Below are positions 22,583-35,527 of a stretch of DNA of 64,000 nucleotides, one piece after another. The position numbers and the translations under genes are program-made. Origin of the DNA: Eledone cirrhosa (Eukaryota); contig OZ024743.1 in assembly GCA_964016885.1 (NCBI GenBank), positions 320,106,001 to 320,170,000 on the forward strand. The letters are read 5' to 3'. The number at the start of each line of letters is the position of its first letter. Positions within the stretch are counted from its first letter, which is position 1. Below the pieces are notes generated by a model. The model made no database searches, was not told where the DNA came from, and worked only from the letters and a program-made list of their open reading frames with translations.

Positions 22583-25500
22583 TAACCTTTGAAGGGAAAA
22601 CTTTCACCCACTCTATTAAAAATAACAAAAAGCTGATTAGGGTCCCTATACAAACTTATAGGTCCCTAAAAGAAACATTTGAAAAGGATGTGGGGAATTC
22701 CTGCATTAAACCACTTAACCGCGTCCTTCTCAAATGTCTCCCCACCCCAGACACCCCCATCCCACCAGGCACCCCTCCCCACCAAACATCTCTGTCCCCA
22801 CCCCGCCGGAAATCACCACCCACCCAGACAACCCCTCCAACACCCCCATGGAAATCGTGCAGCCTGGTCCCCTGGAGACGAAAAAGTGAGTGATTTCTTT
22901 TCCTCTTCTTTTAACTTTTCAGCACCAACATGGCTAACATAAGAGTTGGATGTGTGAACGTACGCCGCCTGGGGAAGTCCTGGAAACAGGTCAAACTCTT
23001 AAACGATCTCAGGTCGCGCACTATGGATGTAGTAGCCATTTGCGAGTCCAGGATCCACAGCGAGCGACATCTGGCCCACATCTTCGATGACTTTCAGATC
23101 TACGCATCTCTCTGTCAGCCGGGAGGTGGGGGCAGGGTTGCCGTTTTGCTGCTGAAACACCTGGACCTCGTAACACAGACGGTACATCTGGACCTGGAGG
23201 CTCGACTGGTGGTCCTAGACGTTGACGGTGGTGAAGGTGGAGCCTTCAGGCTGGTGGCCGCATATGCCCCATCCGGGACACCGCGTCCAGACATCTTCAA
23301 ACGTCTAGAGACTTTTCTGGGAACGTCCCGCTCCTTGCTTTTAGTGGGGGACTGGAATGGAATCCTAGATGCACGTTGGGACTATGTGGGCGCATGTCCC
23401 TATAATGGGGGGTGGGTGGGGGGGAGGGGGGGGGGGGGGTAACAACCTCAAACAGTTAATTGGCCGATTTGACCTGGCCGATATAGATTTTCCGACTGTG
23501 CAACTGTGGACGTGGACTAATCGTAGCGGAACATCTAGATCGTACCTAGATAGGGTTCTAGTTAGAAATAAGGATAGGGACATGTTAATCTGTCCACAAA
23601 TGTTCATGGTTGCTTATTCAGATCACAAACTTGTGACCTGCATGGTCAACCTTGATAGAACCCATAGACAAGGACCCGACTACTGGAAGCTGAACTTGTC
23701 CTTACCGACATGCAAAGCCTACAGTAGACGGATTAGCACTTTAGTTAAAGAACACTTGACAGGGGCCATTGTCAACAACAGATGGTGGTACTCTCTCAAG
23801 ATGGCAGTTACATTAGACTCGTTAGTTTTTAGTAAAGAATTAGCGTTAGATAGAAATAGGACCGAGAAGGAACAGGTAGATAAAGTAGAAGAGACAATTA
23901 GAAGTGGCAACGTAGCCAGTGTGGTAGCAACGAGAACGGCCTTGGACCAGTTCTTCGACGCAAAGCACAAGGGCTGCGTTGTCAGAAGCAAAATACGTGC
24001 TCTGGGTACGAGGGAGCCAAAGCTGTTAACTGGGCCCGCGTGACGGAGGGGAAAAGTGGAAACAAGTGCACGATTCGGTCTTTGAAGGACCAAGACGGAC
24101 GCGTGATACGTGAGCCGAAGCAGATGTGCGCGGCCTTTCAGCGGCACTTTGCTCAGCTGTTAGGGCAGGGCGGCGCGCCGGGAGGTGCTATGGATTTCGG
24201 TCCATACCTCGACGGCCTACCGCGACTATCCGACGGCAGGGCGAAGTTCTGCGAAAAGCCGATTTCAGCCGCTGAGATATAGGACGCGGTGAGCCAATGC
24301 GGCAAGCGCAAATCTCCAGGTCTCGACGGTCTACCCTACGAATTTTACGTAGCAATACCGGACTTGTTCTCCAGTCTCCTGAAACTGGCGGCATGACGGG
24401 AGAATTCTGAGTTCTGTGACCAGGGACGTAGACACACTAGCCACGAAATCCGAGAATAAGGGGGATGACATAGGCAACTTCCCGCCCATAACTTTGCTAA
24501 AAACAGAGTTACAGATTTTGGCCAAGGTGTTGGCAAAGAGGCTGGCGCTTGTCGTCGAAAACCTGGTGGGAGAAGCGCAGACATGCGCAATCCCGACCAG
24601 GTCTATACACGACAACCTCCACCTCATGCGATACATCCTAGAGAGGGTAGGGTGTAAACCTGGCTTCGGTGGGGCCTTGATCAACTTGGATCAGTCTAAT
24701 GCTTTCGGTAGGTTTGACAATCATTACCTGGATGCGGTGCTCGAGGCGGCAGGCTTCGGACCCGTGTTCAGGGACTGGATTGCTGCAATGCACAACAGCA
24801 ACATCTGCTCAAGGATCAAGGTGAATGGCTACCTCTCGGAGCCGTTCCATATCACGCGATCCATCCGACAGAGATGCGCTGTCTCCTCCCTTCTGTATGT
24901 ACTGACACTCGAGCCACTACTGCGGAAGTTGGAGCTATTGCAGGGAATCTCTCTAGAACCGGAACCGGGACTGCAAAAAGCGGCGTCGGCCTACGCCGAC
25001 GACGTCACAGTAATGGTGTCGAGCCCCTCGGAAATCGAGGAAGTCGGCACCTTACTGAAGGTATACGAAACGCTGACGTGAGCAAAACTAAACCCGGACA
25101 AGTCTGTCGGTTTGCAACTCGGTACGTGGAGAGGCAAGCCGATGACGTCTGATAGCGTCGAAGGACGCTGGACGGACGGACCGATGAAATTGCTCGGGGT
25201 CTGGTTCGGTCCAGACCTTCAGGTGGAGAAAAACTGGAACGAGATGACGGCCAAGGTGTTTGCACTCACCCAGAACTGGGCAGAGTGCAAACTATCCTTG
25301 AAAGGTCGAGCAGAGGTGGCGAACACTTTTATAGCGTCCGTCATCTACTACCGCTTGACCGTCGTGCCTTGTCCAGCCGAAACAATCACCAAAATGGAGC
25401 ACGCGCTCTTCCAATTCCTTTGGAAGAAGTGGGATCCTCTGGTGAGAAGATCCATCTGCTGGAAACACCCTGCCAACGGAGGGATGGGGATGACGTGGCT

Positions 25501-26474
25501 GATGATGCGAAAACACGCACTCAGGCTGCGGCATCTCTACGTATTCCTGACCGGACAACCTGACCGAGCTCCAGTCCTGGATCAAGCAAAGACCGAGGAA
25601 AATGTGCGACTGGCACATCGAATGTGCTCAGGCGCTCACAGCCCTATGGCAGGTGGACCCGGCGATCAGTGGAGACTCTACTTCGTCATTCTATAGAGGG
25701 TTGATACGCAGCAAGTGCGACGACGCGTTCGGAGAAACTCTAGGCGTAGAGGAAGACGAACTGACCCGTCTGTTCAGTAGGACCTTCCGCCCGGGACCGA
25801 TGGACAACTTGCAAAGGTCCCTGGCCTGGCAGTGCTACCGACGAACTCTACCAGTTCGAGACAAGCTCTACAGACATGGGCGCCCGGGCAGGGACCCTTC
25901 GAAAAAGATCTGTCCGGGTGACACCTACCCGGTTGACCACCGAGTCCATTGTCATGATCAAACCGCCACCCTCCTTCAAAAACGAAGGAGAGAGGCGGTT
26001 TTCCTTTGTGTGATAGCTATGGCGAAATAGGTTGTATGGTGGACGAGGTTTAAAGGGATGAGATCAGGCACCTTTCTCTCCGGCCAACAACTGATTCTTT
26101 TTTTCAAATACCACTTTGGAAGAAGAATCAGGATGGAGAGAGAGGTGCTGTACCCCAGCAAGTTTTATGAAAGGTGAGTGAAAGTGGCGAGAATGGCCCG
26201 AGTGAATGAGCCTTCTTTCTATATCAGCCTGTAGGTTGAGGAAAAAGAGGAAGAGTGGAAATGGGTACAAAGTCTTCGTACTCCTGGAGATGAGGGTTGC
26301 ACATTTTTTCGGGGGTATGTGTTACCCATATAAACTGTCTCCCCCTATTGGGGAAAATCGACTAACTTTTTAAATTGCATTCGCGATAACATTTTACACG
26401 TTTTTTATTGTATGTAAACTTCCCTCTTTGTATTTGTCCCCTTCTTTTGTACCCCTGTGACTAATAAAGAAACA
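22583..26474 (+). mobile_element. Tx1-clade LINE copy B, 5'-truncated (ORF1 tail + ORF2 22930-26234 + 3' UTR)
   Basis: MANIRVGCVNVRRL, LVGDWN, YWKLN, LDQSNAF, AYADD; AATAAA at 26463 followed by (ATCT)n. Confidence 0.93.
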
Positions 26475-26553
<79 letters not shown>

Positions 26554-26575
26554 TTATTTATCTATCTATCTATCT
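26475..26575. repeat. (TATC)n microsatellite between Tx1 copies B and C
   Basis: Direct inspection. Confidence 0.97.
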
Positions 26576-26583
26576 CCCTCGAT

Positions 26584-29548
26584 AGACGTGTGCCAGTTCG
26601 CTGGTAAGTTTTTGTTGATTTTCTAAGTAAGAAATAAAACATTTATTGTTAAATTTGAGACTATTTTATAGCTCGACCGCACGTCTGGACTTTCAAACGG
26701 TGGGTCAACTCATCTTCACCCCTCCCTGGGTGAAATTTTCGTTTGAAAACATTTCTGCGGTGAAAAAAAAAATTGTAATGTTGCATTCAGTCATGGACGC
26801 TGCGTCCAGTACTAGAAGTGGTGGAGAGGTGGTAAGAGTGTTAAGCTCGCACTCATCTCCTCTCACCACCTCATTGAAATACATCGAAAATGTCGTCAGT
26901 TTTGAAAACACGATGTCGAACGTTGATTGTAACATCAACACTAACACAAACACCAATAACATGCAAAATATAAACAACACCAACAAGGACAACAACAACA
27001 ACAACAACAATAATGACAACAAAAAGAACAAGAACAACAGCAACAATGATAACAACAACACCACCAACAACAACAGCAACACGAACAACTCCACGAACAA
27101 GGAAAATATTTTCTTTGCCCAAACTGCGAAAACAACCCTTGAATACCTGCCAGTAGACATAAGCAACGCTAATGAGCTACTGCAGAAGCCAAAAAATACA
27201 TAGTATACGGGGAAAATGGATCAGTCTCGATCCCCCCCCCCCACCGGAACTAAAAAGTCAGCTACTCCTAAACACAGTGATGTTTAGGTCAGTGTTAAAT
27301 AAAACGAAAAAACCAGCTCAACCATCACAGAGTGAGATAGAGATGGTCTTAAAAGATGTAATGTAAGACATTCTGTTCATACAAAAGGATAGACTCTATG
27401 GGAGTCTATCCATTCTCATGAAGGATCAGGACACGTCAAAAAAACTTTCGGTAAACCTATTACATCCACCGCATACACCTTCTACCCTACATACATGGGT
27501 AGAAGGTCACAGAAAATAAAAATACACACAATTCTTCCAATTATGGACATATGGTGGGTGTTAACAGGTTTTCTTGACCTGAACGATGACATATTAATAT
27601 CCATGGGAAAGGTATCGGGTGACGCGTTCAGTGGAACGGGCGTCGAACTTTTAGTTCAAATGAGGCCCAAAAGGATCGCCCTGATGCCCGAACGCGTCAT
27701 ACTGGATGACCGAAATTTTATAAACATTACCGTTGAGGGAAGGCGGCCCTCGTGTTACATCAGTGGAACCAGAGGTCACCTGAAGGCTGTCTGTCCTCAA
27801 CTTAAAAAGAAAACTCCAATTCTGCCCACACCACCAACAACTACACAACCAACACAATCACCACCACGACCACTACAAAAACAACAACCACAAGTTAACA
27901 CAAAACAAAATACTGTCCCCCCCCACCACACACACACACTAAAAGAAACAATTTCCAAAACACCCGCACCGCAAACACTACCCGAAAATGTACCCCTCCC
28001 CTCAACACGGAAGACGATCCGCATTTGTCGTCAGACGAGGGGGAGCATTTCCAAAAAGTCAAAGGAAAGAAAAGAAAACATACCTCAGACACACAAATAA
28101 AAACAACCCCTCCCCAAAACATAACACAGACATCAACACAAAAGAACACACAACAACAGCAAACAAAAAACGGCCACACAAAAATATGCATACACATACA
28201 TAAACACAAGAAACAAAAAACTGTTGAACATTATTTATAATAATAATTTGGTAGAAACCGAAGGGCCTAACTTCACCCAGGCAGGGGATTTCCCCCACCT
28301 CAAAATGATAAAAGTCCCAGAGGACATATACAATTTTAAAGAGGACGTGCCTCCCGCCCTGCGTCGGACCCATTAACCGGGTCCTCCTAAAATAATTCCC
28401 GACTGCGCCAACCTTGACTTGGGCAAACTGCAGCGGATCATTTAGGTCGTACCTAGATAGGGTCCTAGTTAGAAATAATGATAATTTTAAGCTGTCTAAA
28501 GATGCTCATGGTTGGCTATTCGGATCACAAATTAGTAACTTGCATACTCAACCTTGATAGATCCCATAGACAGGGACCCGGTTACTGGAAGCTGAACTTG
28601 TCCTTACCGGCAAGTAAAGTGTACAGGGACAGGATTAGTACTTTAGTTAAGGAGCGGTTGACGGGAGCGATCGTCAACAGCAGGTGGTGGGATCTCTCAA
28701 AAGAGAGATTAAAGTAGTTTCAATAGGATTTAGTAAGGAGTTAGCCTCAGATAGAAATAGGAAGGAAAGGGAGTTGGTAGATAGTGTAGAAGAGGCAATT
28801 AGAAGCGGCGACGTGGCCAGAGTGCTAGCGTCGGGAACGGCCTTGGGCCGGTTCTTTGACGCGAAGCAAAATACGTGCTCTAGGAAACGAGGGGACCAAA
28901 GATGTTAGCTGGGCCCGCGTGCCAGAAACCAGAGGAGGGATTAGATCCACTATCCGGTCTTTGCGAGACCAGGATGGACGGGTGATCCTTGAACCTAAGC
29001 AGATGTGTGAGGCCTTTCAAAGGCACTTTACCCGATTGTTCGGGAGGAGAGGGGGGCCGGATGGGGATGTGGACTTCGGTCCATACCTCGACGGCTTGCT
29101 GCGTCTTTCGGACGAGGAGGCGAAGTCCTGCGAAGGGCCGATTTCAGCTGCTGAGATAGGGGCTGTGCTGAGCCGATGCGGAAAACGCAAATCCCCGGGT
29201 CTTGATGGTCTTCCATCCGAACTATATCTAGCTATGACGGACTTGTTCCCCGAACTCCTCGAAGCGGTCTACTGCAACTGGCAACAGAACGGGAGAATTC
29301 CCTGTTCTGTGACGAAGGGCGTAGTTTCGCTAGTGAGGAAGGACGGGAACAAGGGGGACGAAATAAGTAATTTCAGGCCCATAACTCTGCTAAATGCAGA
29401 GTTAAAGATTTTGGCCAAGGTGTTAGCAAAGAGGTTGGCGCTTGTCGTGGGCAACCTGGTTTGAGATGCGCAGACATGTACTATCCCGTCCAGGTCCATC
29501 CACGACAACCTCCACCTTATGCGATACATTATAGAGAGTGTTGGATCC
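26584..29548 (+). mobile_element. Tx1-clade LINE copy C: 5' end + ORF1, internal deletion near 28395, partial ORF2
   Basis: Its 5' end AGACGTGTG matches copy F. Asn-rich N-terminus; VEGRRPSCY...RGHLKAVCP; then YSDHKL...GPGYWKLN...NFRPITLLN. Confidence 0.88.
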
Positions 29549-32500
29549 AACACGACCCGGAGGGTAGACTGGTAGTCCTAGACGTGAACAGTATTGGAGG
29601 TGGGGGCCTTCAGACTGGTGGCCGTTTATGCCCCGACCGGGCAATCGCAATCACGGCCAGAATTCTTTAAGCGTCTAGAGTCTTTTCTGGGAACGTCTCG
29701 CTCCTTACTTTTAGTGGGGGGACTGGAATGGTATACTAGATGCACGATGGGACTATGTGGGAGCATGTCCCAGTAGAGCGGGGTGCAACAGCCTCAAAAC
29801 TTTAATCGGCCAATTCCAACTGGCCGATAGGTATCGACTGAATTTCCCGACTGCACCACAGTGGACGTGCGCAAACCACAGTGGGACATCTAGATCGAAT
29901 TTAGATAGGTTCTTTATTAGAGAAAGGGACAAGGAGGTGTTAAGCTGTCCACGAAGGCACATGGTTGCCTATTCAGATCACAAGTTAGTCGTCTGCCTAG
30001 TTAACAGTGATATAATACATAGACAGGGTCCCGGATACTGGAAGCCGAACGTGTCGTTGCCGGCACGTAAAGCTTACAGTGAACGGATAAGTAGACTAGT
30101 CAAGCAACAGTTAACGGGAGCCATCGTCAACAATAGATGGTGGTACTGTCTCAAGAAAGCAATTAGAATAGAATCGATAGGGTATAGCAGATAGTTAGCC
30201 TTAGAGAAAAACAGAATAGAACAAGAACTAGTAGCCAAGGTAGAGGAGGCACTTAGAAGTGGCAACGCGGCTAGAGTGTTAGCGTCGAGAACGGCACTGG
30301 ACCAGTTCTTCGAGGCGAAATACGAAGGCTGCGTGGTCAGAAGAAAAACACGTGCTCTAGGAAACGAAGGAGCGAAAGCTGTCAGCTGGGCCCGAGTGGC
30401 GGAGGCAAAAAGTGGCAACAAGTCCACGATTCGGTATTTGGAAGAGCAAAACGGACGTGTGTTACTTGACCCCAGGCAGATGTGTGTGGTCATTCAGCGG
30501 CACTTTGTGCGACTGTTTGAGCAAAACGACGGTGAGCCGAACGGGACAATTGACTTTAGTTCATACCTCGACGGCCTGCCACGTCTCTTGAACACGGACG
30601 CCGAGTTCTGAGAAAGACCGATCACGGACACTGAGATACGGGTCGCTCTGGGCCGCTGCGGGAAACGCAAGTCACCCGGTCTAGATGGTCTACCCTATGA
30701 GTTTTACATAGTCATGCCGTACTTATTCTCTGGCTTCCTCGAAGCCGTTTACTGCAATTGGCAGCAGAACGGGAGATTTCCCAGTTCTGTAGGCAAGGGC
30801 GTATTAACGCTGATCAGGAAAGACGAGAACAAGGGGGACGAAATTAACAACTTCAGGCCCATACCTCTGCTCAACACAGAGTTAAAGATTTTTGCCAAGG
30901 TGCTAGCGACTAGGTTGGCGCTTGTCGTCGAGAACCTGGTAGGGAAAGCGCAAACGTGTGAAATCCCAACCAGGTCCATACACGACAACCCCCACCTCAC
31001 GCGATACATCATAGAGAGGGTGGGTAGTAAACCCGGCTTCGGTGGGGCTCTGATCAATTTGGATCAGTCTAAGGCATTCGATAGGGTCGATCATCGATAC
31101 TTGGAAGCGGTTCTCAAGGCGACCGGTTTCGGTACCGTGTAAAGAGGCTGGATCGAGGCGATGCACACCTGCATCTGCTTGAGGCTCAAGGTGAACGGCT
31201 TCCTATCGGAGCCGTTCGCAATCACGTGTTGCATTCCACAGGAGTGCCCTCTCTCCTCCATTCTCTATGTATTTACTCTAGAGCCACTACTGCGGAAATT
31301 GGAGCTGTTGCAGGGCATCCCTCTAGAACCGGGACTGCGCAAAGCAGCGTCGGCTTATGCCGACGAGTTGACGGTTATGGTGTCGAGTACCTCGGAAATC
31401 TGGGTGATCGGCAACTTACTGAAGGAATACGAAACGCTGACGGGAGCAAAACTAAACCCGGACAAGTCTGTCGGTTTGCAACTCGGTACGTGAAGAGGCA
31501 AACCGATGACGTCCGACAGCGTCGTTGGACGCTGGACGGACGGACCGATGAAATTGCTCGGGGTCTGGTTCGGTCCAGACCTCCAGGTGGAGAAAAACTG
31601 GAACGAGGTCACGGCTAAGGTGTTTGCACTCACCCAGAACTGGGCAGAGTGCAACTGTCCTTGAAAGGTAGAGCGGAGATGGCGAACACTTTCATAGCGT
31701 CCGTCATCTACTACCGCTTGACTGTCGTGCCTTGTCCCCGTGAACACCTCGCCAAGATGGAACGCATACTCATCCAGTTTCTGCGGAAGAAGCAGGCTCC
31801 GCTGGTGAGGAGATCCGTCTGGTGTCAGCACCCTTCCCACGGAGGGCTGGGCCTGCCGTGGCTGTTGGTGCGCAAACATGCGCTGAGGTTGCGGCATCTC
31901 CAGGTATTCCTCACCGGTCCCCAACCGGTGTCTGCATCGTTTGTGACACAGGCTTTCACACAACTCGTCTCGCTGACGGAGCTGCAGTCCTGGGTCAAGA
32001 AACGACCTAAAACGATGGGCGCCTGCCACATTGAAAGTGCTCAGGCGCTCACAGTCCTCTGGCAAGCGGGCGCAGCAATCAGTGGAGACTCCACTTCGAC
32101 ATTCTATAGAGGGATTGTACGTTACAAGGGCGACGACGTGCTCGGAGAGACTCTGGGCGTCGAAGACGATGAGCTCACCAGTCTGTTTGGTAGGACTTTC
32201 CACCCGGGATCTATGGACAACTTCCAGAAGTCCCTGGCCTGGCAGTGCTACCGAGCAGCTCTACCGGTTCGTGACAAGATCTACAGGCACGGCCTCCCCG
32301 GCAGGGATCCTTCCAAGAGGACGTGTCCAAGATGCGCGCAGTACATTGAAACAGTCCTGCACGCAAATGTAAACTGCCCGGGTATAACCGACCTGTGGAA
32401 GTATGCAGAACAACTGCTTCGCGTATGGGACAAATCCAGTTGACTGCCGAGTCCATAGTAAGGATCAAACCGCCAGCCTCTTTCAAAAACGAAAGAGAGG

Positions 32501-32969
32501 CGGTTTTCCTCTGTACGGTGGCTATGGTGAAAGAAGTTATATGGTGAATGAGATTCAGAGGACTGAGGACAGATGCCTTTCTCTTCGGACAACAATTGAT
32601 TCCCTTCTTTAAGTATCACTTTAGAAGGAGAATCAGAATAGAGAGAGAGGCACTGCACCCCAGTAAATTTACTGAGAGGTGGGTGAATGAAGCGAAAATG
32701 GCCGAGTGATTGGGCCTCCTCTGTTTATAAGCCTGTAGGTTGAAGAAGAGAGCAAAAGGAAGAAAGGAGCACTTGCACAACACGCTCCTGGAGTTGAGGG
32801 TTGTTCTATCGACGGGGTATTAAACAACCCATTTGTTGCGCTTCCCCCCTATTGGTGATTTCGATGGTTGTAATTGTTTGTTTTTATATTTTTTACACGA
32901 CTGTATGTAAAATCCCCGGCATGTCTTTGTATTGTCCCCTTTTCTTGTCCGCCATTGTGGCAAATAAAG

Positions 32970-32970
<1 letters not shown>
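29549..32970 (+). mobile_element. Tx1-clade LINE copy D, 5'-truncated within APE, running to the 3' end
   Basis: DPEGRLVVLDV, LDQSKAFD, AYADE, CPRC...ETVLHA; stop TAG 32736-32738; AATAAA at 32963. Confidence 0.92.

Positions 32971-33067
<97 letters not shown>
32971..33067. repeat. (TATC)n microsatellite
   Basis: Direct inspection. Confidence 0.97.
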
Positions 33068-33309
33068 AATCTATATATCTATCAGTTACTAAAGGTCTGT
33101 GATTGCTTGCTGGCTCGCTTGTCTGCGATGCAATAGAGCCAAAAGGGTGCATAATGGGAAAAAGTTTCGCGTAAATTGAAGCACTGGTTCCCGAGATATG
33201 GGTTTTCTCCGGGTAGCTCCATAAACAGAGATAGAAGTATAGAGAGAAAGAGATTGTGGTTGTGAGAGAGTAGATCGAAAGAGAGTCATAGAGAGAGGAA
33301 GAGGAGACA

Positions 33310-34780
33310 GATTTTTTGCCTACATTGGTTTTAACGTTGAGTGAGAAGGGAGGAGAGAACCAGATAGTTTGTGTTTTGTTACGCTTTGTTTTCTTATTAC
33401 TGTTGTTGTTAGTGGGAGAGTAAGTGATAGGTTGCGAGAAGCCGCTGTTAGCTAACACCGTGTTATAGTAGGGTGACGCTCTGTCAAAGAGAGCCTTATT
33501 AGAGGAGAGGTTTGAGACTCTAGTACTGATATTATTCAGCTTCTACCTTCAATGAGTTAGGACTTAGAATAACAGTAGCTACCAACCTCTCTAGCGTAGA
33601 TTTCTTAGACATTAATTTAGACCTTCGCACACACACCTACAGACCCTTCCGTAAGCTTAAAGAAAAACTCAATTACATTCACAAGGACTCATGCCACCCT
33701 CCCATTTGTTTTAGAAACTTCGTAAATAATATTAGTACTAGAATCTCAAACCTCTCCTCTAATAAGGCTATCTTTGACAGAGCAGCACCCTACAATAACA
33801 CGGTGTTAGCTAACAGCGGCTTCTCACAACCTATCACTTACTCTCCCACTAACAACAACAGCAATAAGAAAACAAAGCCTAACAATAGACAAACTATCTG
33901 GTTCGCTCCTCCCTTCTCACTCAACGTTAAAACCAATGTAGGAAAAACATTTCTAGCCCTCTTATATAGACACTTCCCCATAGGTCATAAATACCGCTCC
34001 ATCTTTAACCGTCACAAAGTTAAACTAGGATACTCCTGCGCTAAGAACTTGAAGGCCCACATCACCAACAGCCCTAAGAGCAACACCCCACCAGGGTGCT
34101 CTTGCCGTAAGCCCGAAGCTTGTCCCCTTCAACAGCAATGCATCACACCCGCTGTAGTTTATGAAGCTGTGGTCACTTCCAACCGACCAAATCAACCACA
34201 GGAGGTCAAATCCTATGTGGGTATGGCGGACGGCCGATTTAAAGAACGCTTCCTGAACCACCAGTCGACCTCTAGGTATTCGGACAGACGTTCATCCACG
34301 AAACTCGCTAGCCACGTATGGTCCCTTAAGGACTCAAGTATAGACTACTCCATTCAATGGAAAGCCATCACTAAGTCCAAGCCATACGCAAGGGGCAATC
34401 CGTCGTGTGGACTATGTATTGATGAACGAATAAATATTCTAAAGAGATTACGCAATAGCGACTGCCTAAACTCAAGAAATGAATTCTTTACACGTTGTCC
34501 ACACGTCTCGAAACACCTTACATAACTATAAAGCTCCGGATTGAATTACAACAACATCCTAATTTTCTTATCAACTAGAAACTTTCGGACTTTCGCAGTT
34601 ATCTCCCTTACACCTCTCGCACGCAATTTAGTATTGTCTGAGCAAAGTGACCGTTTCTGCGCATGCGCGTTCGTATGGTTGTCCTTCCTGTTCTGTATAA
34701 CCATGTCCATTACGAGCTGAGGATCCGCTAATATGAAATAATTTTTCTCGGTATGGTGAACTAACTGTTGTGTAACCACT
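33310..34780 (+). mobile_element. 5'-truncated Penelope-like element with an inverted duplicated 5' segment (33310-33535, minus strand)
   Basis: ORF 33803-34525: IWFAPPFS, CSCRKPEACPL...C, VVYEA...YVGM...FKERFLNH, CGLC..E...LNSR. The minus ORF 33066-33458 repeats NSGFSQPITYSP...IWFSPPFS. Confidence 0.9.
34707..34756 (+). ncRNA. Hammerhead candidate in the PLE pLTR, with decayed stem II
   Basis: CCAUUACGAG-CUGAGGA-(uccgcuaauau)-GAAA-UAAUUU-UU-CUCGGUAUGG. Stem I pairs well; stem II does not. Confidence 0.45.
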
Positions 34781-34835
34781 TATATATATATGTGTGTGTG
34801 TGTATGTATAAATATATATATATATATATATGTAT

Positions 34836-35527
34836 ATATTAGAATGATCGAGTATCGAAAAATCGGCGCACGAGTTCACGATAAACAAAATTCGAAATGA
34901 GCGGCAGAGGGCTCAATAATTCAGATAAATCAGAGCTATAACTATCGTTAAAATACCGTCACACATAGAACACGTCTAAAATCAACCGCACGATAAAAAA
35001 TCGATTACAGAAGATTCGGGACAATCAGATAAAAAATATCAATAAATTAATAAATTTAAATGAATGTAAAATCATACCCGGACCCACTAGAAAGGTGTTA
35101 AATCTAGCTTCTTGGGTTTCTGTAAATCCTTAAACTGTACTCTATCAGCTCACATATAAATATATAAGACTTCTAGAATTCAGCGGACTGGAAATTTACT
35201 TCTTCAACGAGCTTTCGTCCGAACGGATAAGATGGCTAAGACCCAGGCAAAATACGCACATGGAATTCAGCAAGGGAGATAACCTCTACATCCGCGAAAA
35301 CTATTCGAAAAAATGTGGAAATACACATATCGAATAAAAGTGCTCAATAGACATGTTAAAATAAAACAGGAGCTATTCATCACTCAATAGAATCGACAAA
35401 AAATGAACAATAAAATTAACTGGTGGATAGCTATGTCCAGAGCTAAAAATATTAGAATGATCGAGTATCGAAAAATCGGCGCACGAGTTCACGATAAACA
35501 AAATTCGAAATGAGCGGCAGAGGGCTC
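34836..35527. repeat. 613-bp non-coding unit with 79-bp terminal direct repeat (about 1.13-mer) between (TA)n tracts
   Basis: 34836-34914 is repeated at 35449-35527; contains AAGGGAGATAAC at 35272. Confidence 0.85.

Noticed and set aside
22886-22922. 37-nt GT...CAG mini-intron fusing ORF1 to ORF2
   Set aside because: The AG is present only in the sister copies B and F, and A, H and I have no AG before the ATG. In B alone the phase would give an in-frame fusion, so it is unsupported as a general mechanism rather than impossible.
26235-26333. Conserved ORF3 in the Tx1 3' UTR (VEEKEEE...GCTFFRG)
   Set aside because: It is open in B and F, which are close relatives. The frame is not maintained in D, E, G or H.
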